DNA of 61,958 bases from a virus. Where the stretch lies: the IMG/VR virus record IMGVR_UViG_3300025759_000095; one strand, given 5' to 3'. The notes under the pieces were generated by a model, which saw nothing but the letters and a program-made list of their open reading frames with translations, made no database searches and was not told the origin of the DNA. Shown here piece by piece: positions 33,124 to 45,300 of the stretch; within the stretch, counting starts at the first letter, position 1, and each line of letters starts with the position of its first letter. Made by a program: the position numbers and the translations under genes.

Positions 33124-34044
33124 ATGGCATACTTAACAGGTTATCAATATTATGAAAATTCAGGAACCGCTCCCACTAATCAAAACTGGGGAAGCTATCA
33201 ATATGTTTCATTGGAAGATGTTGTAAATAACTTTATGCTTATATACAATGACAATCTTCAGCTTATTAATAATGTCACGAGGTATCAGGTTTTGTTTTTT
33301 GCAAAACGAGCGATTCAAGAATTGAATTACGATGCATTTAAAGAAGTAAAGGTTTTAGAGCTAGACGTTAGCGATCAATTACGTTTTGTTTTACCGCCAG
33401 ATTTTGTAAACTACGTAAGAATATCAATGTTTAAAGATGGAATGCTTTACCCATTGAGTGAGAACATACAAATTAATTCAGCCACAAGTTATCTGCAGGA
33501 TAACAATTGCGATATTTTATTTGATGTAAATGGAAATATCTTGCAAGCTGAGTTTTCTACAGTAGATAGAGAAAGAATTGCTGGTACAAAAAAATCAATC
33601 TACTTAGGTCATGGCCCTTACAATGGAAGAGAAGGGTTCTGTGTAGATGGATGTTGGTATTTTAACTACAGAATTGGAGCTAGATTTGGATTGAATACTG
33701 AAACAGCAAACATAAATCCAACATATAGAATAGATAAAAAAGCAGGTGTAATTAACTTTAGTTCAGGTATGGCTAATCAATTATGTGTACTAGAGTATGT
33801 ATCTGATGGAATGGAAAACGGAGACGATAGTGCCGTGAGCGTTAACAAATTATTTGAAGATTATATATATGCATATATTAAATACGCTATATTAAATTCA
33901 AAGCTAGGAGTACAAGAATATATAGTTAATAGAGTGAGAAAAGATAAATCAGCTCTTCTAAGAAATGCAAAAATTCGCCTAAGCGACATACATCCAGGTA
34001 GGCTTTTAATGAATCTTAGAGGTCAATCAAAGTGGATTAAATGA
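33124..34044 (+). CDS. Hypothetical structural protein (306 aa), tail tubular A-like by position
   Basis: Precedes and overlaps (ATGA) the 1652-aa gene, an order analogous to T7 gp11-gp12. No motif-level support. Confidence 0.45.
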   Translation: MAYLTGYQYYENSGTAPTNQNWGSYQYVSLEDVVNNFMLIYNDNLQLINNVTRYQVLFFAKRAIQELNYDAFKEVKVLELDVSDQLRFVLPPDFVNYVRISMFKDGMLYPLSENIQINSATSYLQDNNCDILFDVNGNILQAEFSTVDRERIAGTKKSIYLGHGPYNGREGFCVDGCWYFNYRIGARFGLNTETANINPTYRIDKKAGVINFSSGMANQLCVLEYVSDGMENGDDSAVSVNKLFEDYIYAYIKYAILNSKLGVQEYIVNRVRKDKSALLRNAKIRLSDIHPGRLLMNLRGQSKWIK

Positions 34045-37000
34045 CAGTAATACAAACTAATTTTATTAAAGGCCGAATGAATAAGTCGGTCGATGAAAGA
34101 TTACTTCCGCCGGGAGAATATGTAGATGCTCAAAATGTAAGACTTGGATCTACTGAAGACACAGAGATAGGTTCTGTAGAAAATTCAAAGGGTAATTCTC
34201 TTTTAGCGGAGCTTGTTTATGACGGGGTGGTTTTAGATCCAGCCACTACAAAATGTATTGGGACTCTGGAAGATGGTGTGAATAACACTATTTATTGGTT
34301 TGTTCATGATTCTAACAACGCTCAATCTGCTACAGGTATAGTTGATATGATTGTTTCTTACAATGTAATAAACAACAACTTAATATACCACGTAATATCT
34401 ACAAGTGTTTTAAATTTTAATCCTTCGTATTTAATTAACGCAGTAAATAAAATTGACAACCTATTGTTTTTTACAGACAATATAAATCCTCCTAGATGCA
34501 TTAATGTAGAAAGAGCTTATTTACCACCAACTGCATTAGATGTAGATCAAATTACAGCAGCAGAACTTAATGTTATTAAAGCGCCACCAATGAGCGCTCC
34601 TACTGTAAATCTTTTACAGTCAGGACAGGAAGAAAATTTTCTTAAAAAAAACATAATTAGCTTTGCTTACAGGTATCAATACTTAGATAACGAATACTCC
34701 GCAATATCTCAATTTAGCGACATTGCTTTTGTGCCTGACTTTTTTAGTTTAAATACCAGTGATTTGTCTAATTCAGGAATGGAGAATGTGTACAATACCG
34801 CAGAGATTTCATTCAACACTGGAAGTAAATTAGTTAAAGAAATAGATTTGCTATTTAAATATGCAAACCAACCAGGTGTATATGTTATTGAAAAATTTAA
34901 CAAAGGTATTTTAGGATGGTCTAATAATATAACTAGAACACAAAGCTTTAGGCACAACCAAATATATACTGCATTAGGCGACAACCAACTGACAAGACTA
35001 TTTGATAATGTCCCTAGAACAGCTAAGTCACAAACGATTATGGCTAACAGATTAATGTACGGTAATTATGTTGATGGATACAATGTAAATAGTCAGTTGA
35101 ATTACACCGTTGCATTAAACAGGGAATTAATTAATCTAAATGAATTTACAGGTGTATTATCAAATGGCGCTTACACTATAGACATCAGTAAAACAATAAC
35201 TAATTCTGTTGCCACATTTGATTACACAGATATTGATAGTCCAGATTCATTAAAAAAAGATTCACAAATCGGTTTTCAATTTAATTTTAGATCAGCTGAT
35301 TTTGATGCACCGGGCGGAGGGGCTCCCCCAGGTACACCAAATCAAGTTTTAACTGAAATCGCTTTTACAATTACCCTTAATCAAGACTACAATAGTATTT
35401 ATGATTTCTTTAATGGAACTTTTGTGGCTCAACAAGTGAGCTCAGGGGTTGCAGGCCCATTTATGACTAACAATCCCTGTAATGAAACTACCTTTACAGA
35501 TATTTTAAATTGCGCTATTGCAGATCAATCTACATTCTTACACTCATATTCTGGAATAGATAATAGAGATGAGGGTATAAAAATTACAACCAGTCCGGGT
35601 AGCTCATCAGTTAGTTTACAATTAGTTGCAGCTGAATTTGACGATTCTACCTCTGGTGCCGCAACCACCGACATGTATGGGTACTATCAATTTACAGCTG
35701 CACAATCAGATTACTCTTCAAGAGGAAATAGAAAAAGTCTACATAGTAATAGAAATTATGATGTGGGAATAGTATACATGGATGAATATTTAAGAAGTAC
35801 TACAGCTTTAACTTCTCCAAATAATACAATTTATGTGCAGCCCTCAAGTTCGATAACAGCAAACAGTTTAAAGGTTACAATACCTACTACAATGAATCCG
35901 CCAAGTTGGGCAAGCAAATATAAATTTGTGGTAAAAAGAGCGGAAGATACTTATGAAACAATATATTCAGTAATTGCATTTGATGACGACTCTACTAATT
36001 CAGTGTGGATTAGGCTTGAGGGTGATAATCAAGTTAAAACAAAAAAAGGAGATACACTAGTTGTAAAGGCAGATGTTAGTGGCCCTCTAAACACAATAGT
36101 AACTACCAAAGTTTTGGCGATAGAATCTAAAGCAAACAACTTTTTGACACCCGAAGCATCACAAGGTATTGGTAGCAACGCACCATTTATTTCAGAACCT
36201 GCGGGATTATACATGAACCTTAAACCTCAAGGCTTTACAATAACCGATGATGTAAATGGATTTTTTGATAGCGGCCAGATAGGTGGTAGGAGTGGTAAAA
36301 GAGGAGGGCCAGCAGCAAAAGCAGGGGTTCCTTGCTTCAAAGAAACTATAGATGCCTCTGGTAATACACAAGTTGAAAACATAGATATACCTGAAGGATC
36401 ATTAGTAAACTTTGCATTAAGATTTAATAGAAATGCAAGTGACGGTGGATTTTTAGTGGGTAGTTCAGAACAAAAAACATATGACTACAACAGAACAGTT
36501 GTTGCCTCTCAAGACTACAATTCAATGTTTGAATTTGTTAACGGTGAAGGTATTGATTTCACAGAAGGTGTAGCGTCAGGAACTGGAACACAGCCGACTA
36601 ATGTATACACTAACACTGTTGGTAATTTAGCCAGTGAATTTGACAATGTTGTTTTTCAACCTAGCAGTCCTGCAGAAAATAAATATAGATTTTATACAGT
36701 TGGTGCAGCTACACCTGCTACAGGGCCGCAAACACCTGGGGCGGGTGGAACAAAACTTACCCTTGGGCTTGTAAGTGGAAACGGAGGAGATAGTGGTCAA
36801 AGAACCAGAATAGAAGGTCAGATAACAATTAATATAGGTACAGCTTCACTGATATTAGAAACACAGCCCTTGAACGCTGACTTAGATATATACTATGAAA
36901 ACGACGAAGTGTTTGAAATTACAGGAGGGTTTCATCAGTCTGGAAGTAAAACAGGAGATCAAAACCAAACCGGTGCACAAGCAGGTATTGTAAACCTAGG

Positions 37001-38999
37001 ATTCTTTGATTGTTTTTCATTTGGTAATGGAGTTGAAAGCTATAAATATTTAGACGATCTTGATGGCTCAAGCTTTAATCTTGGTCAAAGAACTACTTCT
37101 GTTTCTGAAGAAGATTACAAGGAGGCAAATAGATATGCAGGGGTAACATATAGTGGATTGTATAATGCAAACACAAACATTAATAGGTTTAATGAATTTA
37201 ATTTAAGCGACGGAAACTTTAAAGATTTAGAAAAATCATTTGGAGATATTGAGGTTCTTCATTCATTTGAAACAAACCTATTAGTATTACAAGAAGATAA
37301 GATCTCAAATGTATTACTTAGTAAACAAGCTCTGCAAGCAGCTGAAGGATCAGGAATTGTAGCTACATCTACAGCAGTATTAGGAACTCAAGTAGCTAGA
37401 ATAGAAGAATACGGAATTAGTAATAACCCAGAGAGTTTTGCTGCATATGGAGATAGTAGATATTTTACAGATACCAAGCGTGGAGCAGTTATACAGCTTA
37501 AAGGAACAGGTGGTGTAAGTGATAGATTAACTTTAATATCAGAACTTGGAATGAGAAGTTACTTTAGAGATAACTTTATTGCCTATCCTGATACACAAAA
37601 AATTGGAGGGTTTGATCCTTACATGAATGAGTATGTATTAAGTTCTAATACAGTTGGATTACCTAATGCTTATCAAGCAACTACAGAAATACCTGTTAGT
37701 TGTGGTGCTGTTTTTGGGCCTGCTGAATATAGCGACCCTATTATATACAATGTTGATTTAGGGGAAGCGCAAGGTAATGTTGTGGTTGATTATAAAATCA
37801 CAGGAACTGTAACAATTGCATATGAGTGGAGTTCAGTTACAGGAAGTATTCCAGGAGCAACAGGTGTAGGTAGTTTTAATTTTAACAAGACCACGTCTAC
37901 ACCAACTAATTTAAAAATTACAATAACCCCAACAGGATCCTACACAGCAAGAATACAAGTGGCTTGTCCAACTGTTAGTGAATTAACTATCGTGAATGTA
38001 GCACTAGGATCAGTATCAGATGATGGGTTGTTTATACACGATGAATTTTATTGGAGTGATGGAACAACTGTAAGTCCAGTAGAAAGCACTCAAACCTCAT
38101 TTAGCTTTTCACCTTTTAGCACAAACAGACTAGCAAGGTATACAAGTATTACGGGATTAGAATCTGAAGGTATATTCCCTCCTAGTGGAGCAGCCGTGCG
38201 CATGGCTTCAAACAAAATAGATTTTGATACTTTAAACTTCACACCCTCTGCAGGATACTCTGGTTCTATTCCAGCAGCAGCAGATTATTTTTCATTCTTA
38301 GTATCCAATACATTATACACGTCTTCTCAAACAGACATCAATGCATTAGTGGCCGCAGCCACAGCCGCTGGCAATGACATTGACACTGTAACCAATCCCT
38401 CAACAGGATACTATGAGGCTAGTTTTACATACAGCAACCCAAGTAATCAAACGTATTTATACTTAATATACAATTACGCAGGAGTAGCTTCAACTACTTT
38501 AACGTTTGGCGCAACATCATTGATTGCTTGTTGTACAGGTGCTAGCGGAACATACTATTTAAACAGCGCAAGTTTTACAACTGCAACTTCAATATACACT
38601 GACTCAGGGTTAACAGCTTTAGCCACCGATGGTTTCTACAAAAGCGGATCAACTGTTAGAGAGTTATCAAGTGGAGTTCTTGGAACTGCGGCTACTTGCT
38701 CAACTTGTAATTATATTTATATTTCTGCGGTGAGATCAAGCACCACTGATTTATGTACTAATAATTACGTTATGACGGTACAAGCACAAACTGTAAGTAA
38801 CAATGCATTTGCTAGTGTAACAGCGGGAGACGTATTAACTGTTCTGCCTGCGGGATTACCAGGGTTTATAGCGTATAGTGCTGTGAGTGGTGAAGACACA
38901 GCAACAGGTACTACATATAGAATTGCTCAGGTAAATGCCAGTGGAGAAATAATAACATTATATTATGGAGGAACAGGGGTTTGTGGTAATCCATTATAA
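34041..38999 (+). CDS. Large tail structural protein (1652 aa), nozzle/tubular B-like by position
   Basis: One uninterrupted ORF with a beta-rich N/T/S/G composition. The Cys-containing C-terminal region (LIACCTGASGTYYLNSASFTTATSIYTDSGLT.LATDGFYKSG) suggests an added distal domain. Confidence 0.55.
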   Translation: MTVIQTNFIKGRMNKSVDERLLPPGEYVDAQNVRLGSTEDTEIGSVENSKGNSLLAELVYDGVVLDPATTKCIGTLEDGVNNTIYWFVHDSNNAQSATGIVDMIVSYNVINNNLIYHVISTSVLNFNPSYLINAVNKIDNLLFFTDNINPPRCINVERAYLPPTALDVDQITAAELNVIKAPPMSAPTVNLLQSGQEENFLKKNIISFAYRYQYLDNEYSAISQFSDIAFVPDFFSLNTSDLSNSGMENVYNTAEISFNTGSKLVKEIDLLFKYANQPGVYVIEKFNKGILGWSNNITRTQSFRHNQIYTALGDNQLTRLFDNVPRTAKSQTIMANRLMYGNYVDGYNVNSQLNYTVALNRELINLNEFTGVLSNGAYTIDISKTITNSVATFDYTDIDSPDSLKKDSQIGFQFNFRSADFDAPGGGAPPGTPNQVLTEIAFTITLNQDYNSIYDFFNGTFVAQQVSSGVAGPFMTNNPCNETTFTDILNCAIADQSTFLHSYSGIDNRDEGIKITTSPGSSSVSLQLVAAEFDDSTSGAATTDMYGYYQFTAAQSDYSSRGNRKSLHSNRNYDVGIVYMDEYLRSTTALTSPNNTIYVQPSSSITANSLKVTIPTTMNPPSWASKYKFVVKRAEDTYETIYSVIAFDDDSTNSVWIRLEGDNQVKTKKGDTLVVKADVSGPLNTIVTTKVLAIESKANNFLTPEASQGIGSNAPFISEPAGLYMNLKPQGFTITDDVNGFFDSGQIGGRSGKRGGPAAKAGVPCFKETIDASGNTQVENIDIPEGSLVNFALRFNRNASDGGFLVGSSEQKTYDYNRTVVASQDYNSMFEFVNGEGIDFTEGVASGTGTQPTNVYTNTVGNLASEFDNVVFQPSSPAENKYRFYTVGAATPATGPQTPGAGGTKLTLGLVSGNGGDSGQRTRIEGQITINIGTASLILETQPLNADLDIYYENDEVFEITGGFHQSGSKTGDQNQTGAQAGIVNLGFFDCFSFGNGVESYKYLDDLDGSSFNLGQRTTSVSEEDYKEANRYAGVTYSGLYNANTNINRFNEFNLSDGNFKDLEKSFGDIEVLHSFETNLLVLQEDKISNVLLSKQALQAAEGSGIVATSTAVLGTQVARIEEYGISNNPESFAAYGDSRYFTDTKRGAVIQLKGTGGVSDRLTLISELGMRSYFRDNFIAYPDTQKIGGFDPYMNEYVLSSNTVGLPNAYQATTEIPVSCGAVFGPAEYSDPIIYNVDLGEAQGNVVVDYKITGTVTIAYEWSSVTGSIPGATGVGSFNFNKTTSTPTNLKITITPTGSYTARIQVACPTVSELTIVNVALGSVSDDGLFIHDEFYWSDGTTVSPVESTQTSFSFSPFSTNRLARYTSITGLESEGIFPPSGAAVRMASNKIDFDTLNFTPSAGYSGSIPAAADYFSFLVSNTLYTSSQTDINALVAAATAAGNDIDTVTNPSTGYYEASFTYSNPSNQTYLYLIYNYAGVASTTLTFGATSLIACCTGASGTYYLNSASFTTATSIYTDSGLTALATDGFYKSGSTVRELSSGVLGTAATCSTCNYIYISAVRSSTTDLCTNNYVMTVQAQTVSNNAFASVTAGDVLTVLPAGLPGFIAYSAVSGEDTATGTTYRIAQVNASGEIITLYYGGTGVCGNPL

Positions 39000-39008
39000 A
39001 ATAAAGAT

Positions 39009-39755
39009 ATGGCAGCAGTAACATTAACATATAGCGAAACTTCAAAAGGATGGCCATCCTTTTATTCATTCATTCCTGAAAAAACAATTGGAATGAACAA
39101 CTACCTTTATTCATTTAAAGGAGGAAAGTTGTATAGACACAATACTAATGCCCTTAGAAATAATTATTATGGGGTTCAATATAATTCAAGCATCTCTAGT
39201 ATCTTTAATACAAAACCTTTAGAAGTCAAATTATTTAAAACTATATCATTAGAGTCGGATAGCGCGTGGGCGGCAACATACAGTTCTGATATGCATAATC
39301 CAGGTGGAGATTTATTAGCTTCTTACTTTGTACAAAAAGAAACTGATTGGTTTTCGTTTATTAGATCAGCTACTCATACAGTTAATTTTAATTTAAGATC
39401 TGCAAATGGATTAGGCGATGTGAGTAGTATCGATTCAAGTGTTCCCGCAGCTGTTGTTCTTACATTTACATTTAACATAGGGTCTATTATTTCTATCGGA
39501 GACAAAGCATATCACGGAAACACACCTACGTTTGCAGGAAAAGTAGTTGCAACAACAACTAACACGATAACAATTGATACCACAATAGGTGGATCGGTTC
39601 CTCCAGGTGGAGCATTTATTTGCTACATAAAAGATAGTGTAGCGGAATCACATGGGGTACGAGGTCATTACTTAGAGTTTACCCTTACAAATACAGATAC
39701 AGCTGCAAGAGAACTATTTGCTGTCAAAAGCAGCATGTTTAAAAGTTACCCTTAA
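39009..39755 (+). CDS. Hypothetical structural protein (248 aa)
   Basis: ORF in the tail block. No motif recognised. Confidence 0.5.
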   Translation: MAAVTLTYSETSKGWPSFYSFIPEKTIGMNNYLYSFKGGKLYRHNTNALRNNYYGVQYNSSISSIFNTKPLEVKLFKTISLESDSAWAATYSSDMHNPGGDLLASYFVQKETDWFSFIRSATHTVNFNLRSANGLGDVSSIDSSVPAAVVLTFTFNIGSIISIGDKAYHGNTPTFAGKVVATTTNTITIDTTIGGSVPPGGAFICYIKDSVAESHGVRGHYLEFTLTNTDTAARELFAVKSSMFKSYP

Positions 39756-39761
39756 AATTTG

Positions 39762-39769
39762 TATCTTTG
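39762..39769 (+). promoter_or_regulatory. Bacteroidota-type -7 promoter box (TATCTTTG)
   Basis: Exact match in a 39-nt gap, 25 nt upstream of the ATG at 39795. Confidence 0.5.
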
Positions 39770-39794
39770 TTGTTAATATTTTAAATTTACCAAT

Positions 39795-40607
39795 ATGGCA
39801 GGATTAGCAGCAGGATTAGCAGGTGCCTCATCAGCTTTAGGCGTTATAGGCGCTGCATTTGGATTGGCAGGTAGTATTTCTCAATTTACTACAGCTAACA
39901 GGGCTTTAGAAAGAGCAAATAAAGAAGCGGCTTTAGCTGTTGCTCAAGCTAGAGATAAGATTAGTAAAATCCCTATGCTAGAAAAGGGTATACCTGCAAT
40001 AGCCACAGAACAAATACAAAAAGATGCGTTAAGACAAAGAAAACAATTGCTTGATGCAGTTAGAGGTTCAGGTCAAAGAAGTGTGCTAGGGGCAGCTCCA
40101 ACAATCGGAGAGCAAATATTAAAAGAAAAAGAAACGCAAAGAGGGGCTATTGAAAAACAATTACAGGCTCGTGAAGATGAAATAGTTAAAGCTAAGCAAA
40201 CTCAACAAGATACAGAGCTTGAGATGTTAACTGCAGCAGGCACAGCGGCTCAACAAAGAGCGGCGGCCGCAGCAAATCAAAAAGCAGCGGCAGTTGGTTC
40301 TGCTATTTCTTCAGCAGGTTCATTAGCTGGATCTATAATGGAAGGTTCAGAATTATTTGGTGGAGAAAATAGAAGGCAAGATAACGCCCTTAAAGGTATA
40401 ATTGCAGACGCAGACACTGATGTAAACTTAGATGAATTTAGAGATTATGTAACTAACCTAACTGATTCAGAAGGGGTAACTTTGTCTCAAGAAGCTTTAA
40501 CGAATACCATAAATGATCCTAATAACACATTGCTTGAGGATTTTATAGCATTGCAAGGTAAGGGTACAGATATAGATACGGGTGTAACAACAGGACAACC
40601 AAGTTAA
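39795..40607 (+). CDS. Internal virion / ejection protein candidate (270 aa)
   Basis: Gly/Ala-rich hydrophobic N-terminus (MAGLAAGLAGASSALGVIGAAFGLAGS) followed by an A/Q-rich helical region. Its position is analogous to T7 gp13/gp14. Confidence 0.45.
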   Translation: MAGLAAGLAGASSALGVIGAAFGLAGSISQFTTANRALERANKEAALAVAQARDKISKIPMLEKGIPAIATEQIQKDALRQRKQLLDAVRGSGQRSVLGAAPTIGEQILKEKETQRGAIEKQLQAREDEIVKAKQTQQDTELEMLTAAGTAAQQRAAAAANQKAAAVGSAISSAGSLAGSIMEGSELFGGENRRQDNALKGIIADADTDVNLDEFRDYVTNLTDSEGVTLSQEALTNTINDPNNTLLEDFIALQGKGTDIDTGVTTGQPS

Positions 40608-40608
40608 T

Positions 40609-42327
40609 ATGGCAAGCAATAAAACTTATTACAACCGAGGTGGCAATAGATTTACCGGTATGTTTGATTCCGGTGAGCAATTTGTTCCAGTAGACTGGGC
40701 GCAGATTACAGGTGATATTGTAGATGAACTACAAACTATTCAGTCTGAGAAACAAAAAAAACGAGACGACATCCAAACAAAAACGGATGAGCTACTTACA
40801 GATCTTAGAGATTACCAAGCAGGAGGAAACAATACGTTTAACGGATATGTATTAGATGGATCAAAGCAGGTTAAAGATTACATGCTGATGCAAAACAAAC
40901 TGTTAAAGCAAGGTAAGTTAGATCCAAACTCTTATACAAGAAGCCAGCAATTACTTCAAGATGACTGGAATTCTTTTCAAGCTGCGGCTGAAACTTTCAA
41001 TACAGATTATGCAGAGGCTATGAAAGCAGCGAATGCAGGTGATACTTCAAAGCTAGGCATGCTTAGTTTTGATAAACTACAAAGCGCTACAGATATTCAG
41101 AAAAGTAGATTAGTAATCAACACAGATGGTAGATTATATTCACAAACTGGTGAGGGTCAATTGATTGGCTTTACCAATATGAATGCTAGGCAAAAAGATA
41201 TTCCTAAAAACTATAATATAATAGAAGGCGCTAAAAGTTTTTCATCTACATTAGGAACATATAAAAAAGCTTATCCGAATATGACGATAGAAGATATAGC
41301 TAGGCAGCCAGAATTTTCAAAAGCCAGAGATACATTTATAGAAGGTGTTCTTAATCAAGGAACAGGTAGAGATTTTTTAAGTATACTTACTCAGAACGGA
41401 TACGAATTAACAGAAAATCCTGATGAAGCAAACGAGAATACAATATTAGTAAAAGCAGATTCTAATGGGATGCTTCAGCCTGATAAAGATTCTTTAAACA
41501 AACACCGAGATACTGCTAAGGGTATATTAGAAAAAGCTATTAATGTGCAACTGGACTATAAAGAAACTCCAGGTGGTACTGAAACATCTGCCGATAAAGC
41601 AAGTAAATCAAAAATAGATAAAATAGGAAATGTATATGGTTATTTAGGAGATGTATTATCTAATGATAAAGTAAAACGAAATAGAGCAAAACAATTTTTA
41701 TTTCAAAACTATCCTGAAATAACTGCATTCGAATCGGATGCTGACGGAATTAGAATTAAATTAGCAGGAAGCCCAACTCAAAAGATAACTTGGCAAGATG
41801 AAGATTCAATCAAATCTCCTGAACAAATTATAGATAGATTACTTCCTATTATCACAGGTCAATTAGACGCAGATGAATTAGCTAAGGTAAAATCAAAATA
41901 CACAAACACACTTGATGAAACCGCAAGAGCCAACTTCAAAAGACAACTTGGAAGAAGTGATGATTATGATATTAACGAGCAAAGAACTTCAGATGATTTT
42001 GCATTTTCCGATGAAGTGCTAACTACTGTTAGCGAAAGCTTAACTAAGTTAGGTAAGATAGAGCCAGGTGCTAGAGAAGGAAGTGTACAGAATGCGGTAG
42101 CGAGATCGATAAATGACGCTCTTATTAGAGAGGGTGGATTTAGTGTAGAGGTTTCAGGTGAAAATTTAATATTAAAATTACCTAATAACACAACTGTAGA
42201 TTTAGGTGATCCAGTGCAGGCGGGTGGCGCAGGACTTCTAAAAGCAATTCAAGATGAAATTAAAAGGTCAAAAACTGCTAAGCCAGTGGCAAGTGGCGCA
42301 GGTGGTGGCGACAACCCATTCGGATAA
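40609..42327 (+). CDS. Internal virion / ejection protein candidate (572 aa)
   Basis: Position analogous to T7 gp15. No motif recognised. Confidence 0.4.
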   Translation: MASNKTYYNRGGNRFTGMFDSGEQFVPVDWAQITGDIVDELQTIQSEKQKKRDDIQTKTDELLTDLRDYQAGGNNTFNGYVLDGSKQVKDYMLMQNKLLKQGKLDPNSYTRSQQLLQDDWNSFQAAAETFNTDYAEAMKAANAGDTSKLGMLSFDKLQSATDIQKSRLVINTDGRLYSQTGEGQLIGFTNMNARQKDIPKNYNIIEGAKSFSSTLGTYKKAYPNMTIEDIARQPEFSKARDTFIEGVLNQGTGRDFLSILTQNGYELTENPDEANENTILVKADSNGMLQPDKDSLNKHRDTAKGILEKAINVQLDYKETPGGTETSADKASKSKIDKIGNVYGYLGDVLSNDKVKRNRAKQFLFQNYPEITAFESDADGIRIKLAGSPTQKITWQDEDSIKSPEQIIDRLLPIITGQLDADELAKVKSKYTNTLDETARANFKRQLGRSDDYDINEQRTSDDFAFSDEVLTTVSESLTKLGKIEPGAREGSVQNAVARSINDALIREGGFSVEVSGENLILKLPNNTTVDLGDPVQAGGAGLLKAIQDEIKRSKTAKPVASGAGGGDNPFG

Positions 42328-45300
42328 TGAACGAAGAAAGATTAAAAAATATATGGAATAACTTAACTCAAGCTGGGTTAACTACAAATGATTTTGAAAC
42401 TTGGAACACTAATTTTCAATCCGATGAAAACGTGCAATCAAATATTCACGAATATTTAGTAAATCAAGATTTAACAACTAGTGATTTTTCTACTTGGTCA
42501 AATAACTTAGGTTTAAAAAAAAAAGACGAATCCGATTTTATTTCAGAAGAGGAAGTTACGGAGTCATCTACACAGGAAGATCGAATCGCCGCTGGGCAAT
42601 CGGCATCTTCAGTTCTACCCACACCAGAGGTTGAACAAATTACAGCTCTCAATGTAACTGAAAATATTGTTCCGCTTTCAGATGATGAAGCATCTAAAGG
42701 TGTGCTTTCCAATCAATCCTCTAATCAAACCAACCCATTATATCAGCAAGGCTACTACAATTTAAGTGATAATCAAAAAAATAGTTTTGCCACGGCAGTT
42801 TTAAATGGAAGTACAAATCCATTAAACGATATGACTGATCCTCAGTTTCAGGGCTTGGACGTTTCAAACATAGCTGTAGGCAAAACCGCTGTAGAACTTA
42901 TTGAAGAAAATTTTACAGAAGATGGTGTAACTTTAAACGGAGTGTTTCATGCTCCCGGCACAAAAACATATCAACTAGCAGAAAGCTTAATAGAAGACAA
43001 AGATATATCTATAGGTAAGCAAATAGATATAAATTCAGCTACATTAAATTATGTAACCGCACCAAACTTAGATGCTTCTGAAGAAAGTATTAATGAATTA
43101 ATAACTCAGTATGGTGCAGATATAGATGACAGCACCCTAAAAAGAATGGGTGTAGATAAAAAAGAATACATTGACTTTGTAAGAAAGAATTATAGAAAAG
43201 AAACAGGTGGATATAGATTTTTAAGAGCGATAGATAACTTTGGTCTTGGTAGATTTTTTGGTGAGGAAAATCAAATTAAAGCCAATGAGGTTCAAAGAAA
43301 AGCGAAAAGAGAAGAGGAGCAGTATCAAAGAGCAATGATGTTTAAAAAAAACAAACTTGAATCGCTTCTTAAAGATAAATCTTATTTAGAAGCACAATTA
43401 AAAAGAACAGAGGATCCTGCAGAATACAAAACACTTCAAGCTGAAATAGATAAATATGATTCAATCATTAACACCAACCTTGGTCAAATGATGAATTTAG
43501 ATGAATACTTTCCTAACTACAAAGAACATCTTTCAGCTGAGGGTACAGCACAAATTTTAAAAAAGAAAAAAGTTTACGATGCTGCTAGAGGAAATTTAGT
43601 TGATGAGGCCGGATCACAGATTAGTGAAGTGTTAAAAGAAAGTATATATGGGATAGGAAACTTAGGCAATGGGATTATAAACTACATACCTGAATTAGCT
43701 GATGAATTTTTTTCAGTATTAGGGGGAGATAATAAAGGTATTTGGGCAGGACTAAGTCAAAATATTAGAGATAATATGGAGGACTACAAAAGAGGGGAAC
43801 AAGGCCAAGTAGAAAGAAAGTTGGTTCTCCAAGGAAAACCTGTTGAATATAAAGGGGAATTATATTTTGTAGATGAAAACAGCGTAGTGTATGATCAAAA
43901 AACCGGGGTAGAGATGACGGGTATTATTTCTCCTGACGACATGAATAATATACGAAAATATGCTTCAAATATTCCGGAGTCAGATATTGAAACTGAAACA
44001 GTAGGGAGAGCTGCATTGCCAAAAGTAGCTGGAACTGTTGCTTATATGTATGGATTAATTAGAAGCGGGCGAATATTTAGCAACAAGCTAATGAACTTAG
44101 GCATGAAAGGAAAGAAAGCTGGATATGCTGGCATGGGACTAGCCTCATACACTGCCTCTATGACTAACAATGTACAAAGCATCAAAGATGATTTGATGAA
44201 AAAAGGTTTTACTGAAGAAGACGCTTTAGAAAGAGCTATGGTGTTTGGTCATACTATATCTACATTCGATGGATTATTTGCAGGGCTAGCAGGTAGCAAC
44301 CAAAAACTATTAACAGGTTTAGGTGGGGTAAGAAAACAATTATACAACCTCGTTATAAAAGATCCTAAAAAATTCAACAGCGCGGAATTAAAAAGAAAGG
44401 CAAACGACCTGCTTAAAGAAAATTTAAAAGAAGTTTTTATCGAGGAAATTCCTGTATATCTTTCTGAAAAAGGAGTTAATTATTTAATGAATGAGTACGT
44501 AGGTTCTGAGGTAAGAGACGCTAAAGTTAAACGTGGAGAGATAGAAGAGGTTATGTTGTTAACTGTAGGTGCCACCACAGGTTTAGGTGGTAAACAATTA
44601 ATTAGCAGTAAAGACCGAGCTCAAACTATAGATTACATATCACAAAACTTTACACAGGAAGATATAAAGAAGCGTTTAGAATCTTTGAGAAAAGAAGGAT
44701 TGCTTGAAGAGAGTCAAGCAGAAAATGTTTTTAATGAAATTTATAATATGAATGCTGCCAACAATCAAACACAAGGCACTGTTCAAATGGCTGAAAATAA
44801 AGAGCCAATGGCTGATTTATTAAACAGAAGAAGAAAATTAATGGAGCAAAGAAAAGGACTAGAAGGCCCATTAAAAGAAGATATAGATAAAAAGATTAAC
44901 GCGGTTGATAGTCAGATAGAATTATTAGCTACAAAAGATAAAGAAGAAGTAGAACAACAATATAAAAACCAAGAAAATGCCAGTACGAAGCCGAGCGCAG
45001 TGGCGCAAACTAGCCCAGACCAATCCACAACTACTGAGGAAGTGGTTGAAGGAGTATCCAGTGAGGTTCAGCAACCTACCGGAGAGAGTGAAACCGAAGC
45101 TGACAGTGACCTCGACACGACGACGCAGGAGGAAGTAAGAACAGATTTTAGAATTAATGATGTAGCTGGGAGGCCAACTTCTATATCTTACAACCAAGGA
45201 GGAAGAGTTGTAAATGAAGAGGTTGCAGATAAGAAGGCTGCAAGAAAACGAATCAATCAATTAAAGTTTGAAGACCAAGGGTTTACCGGAGTGCTTCAAT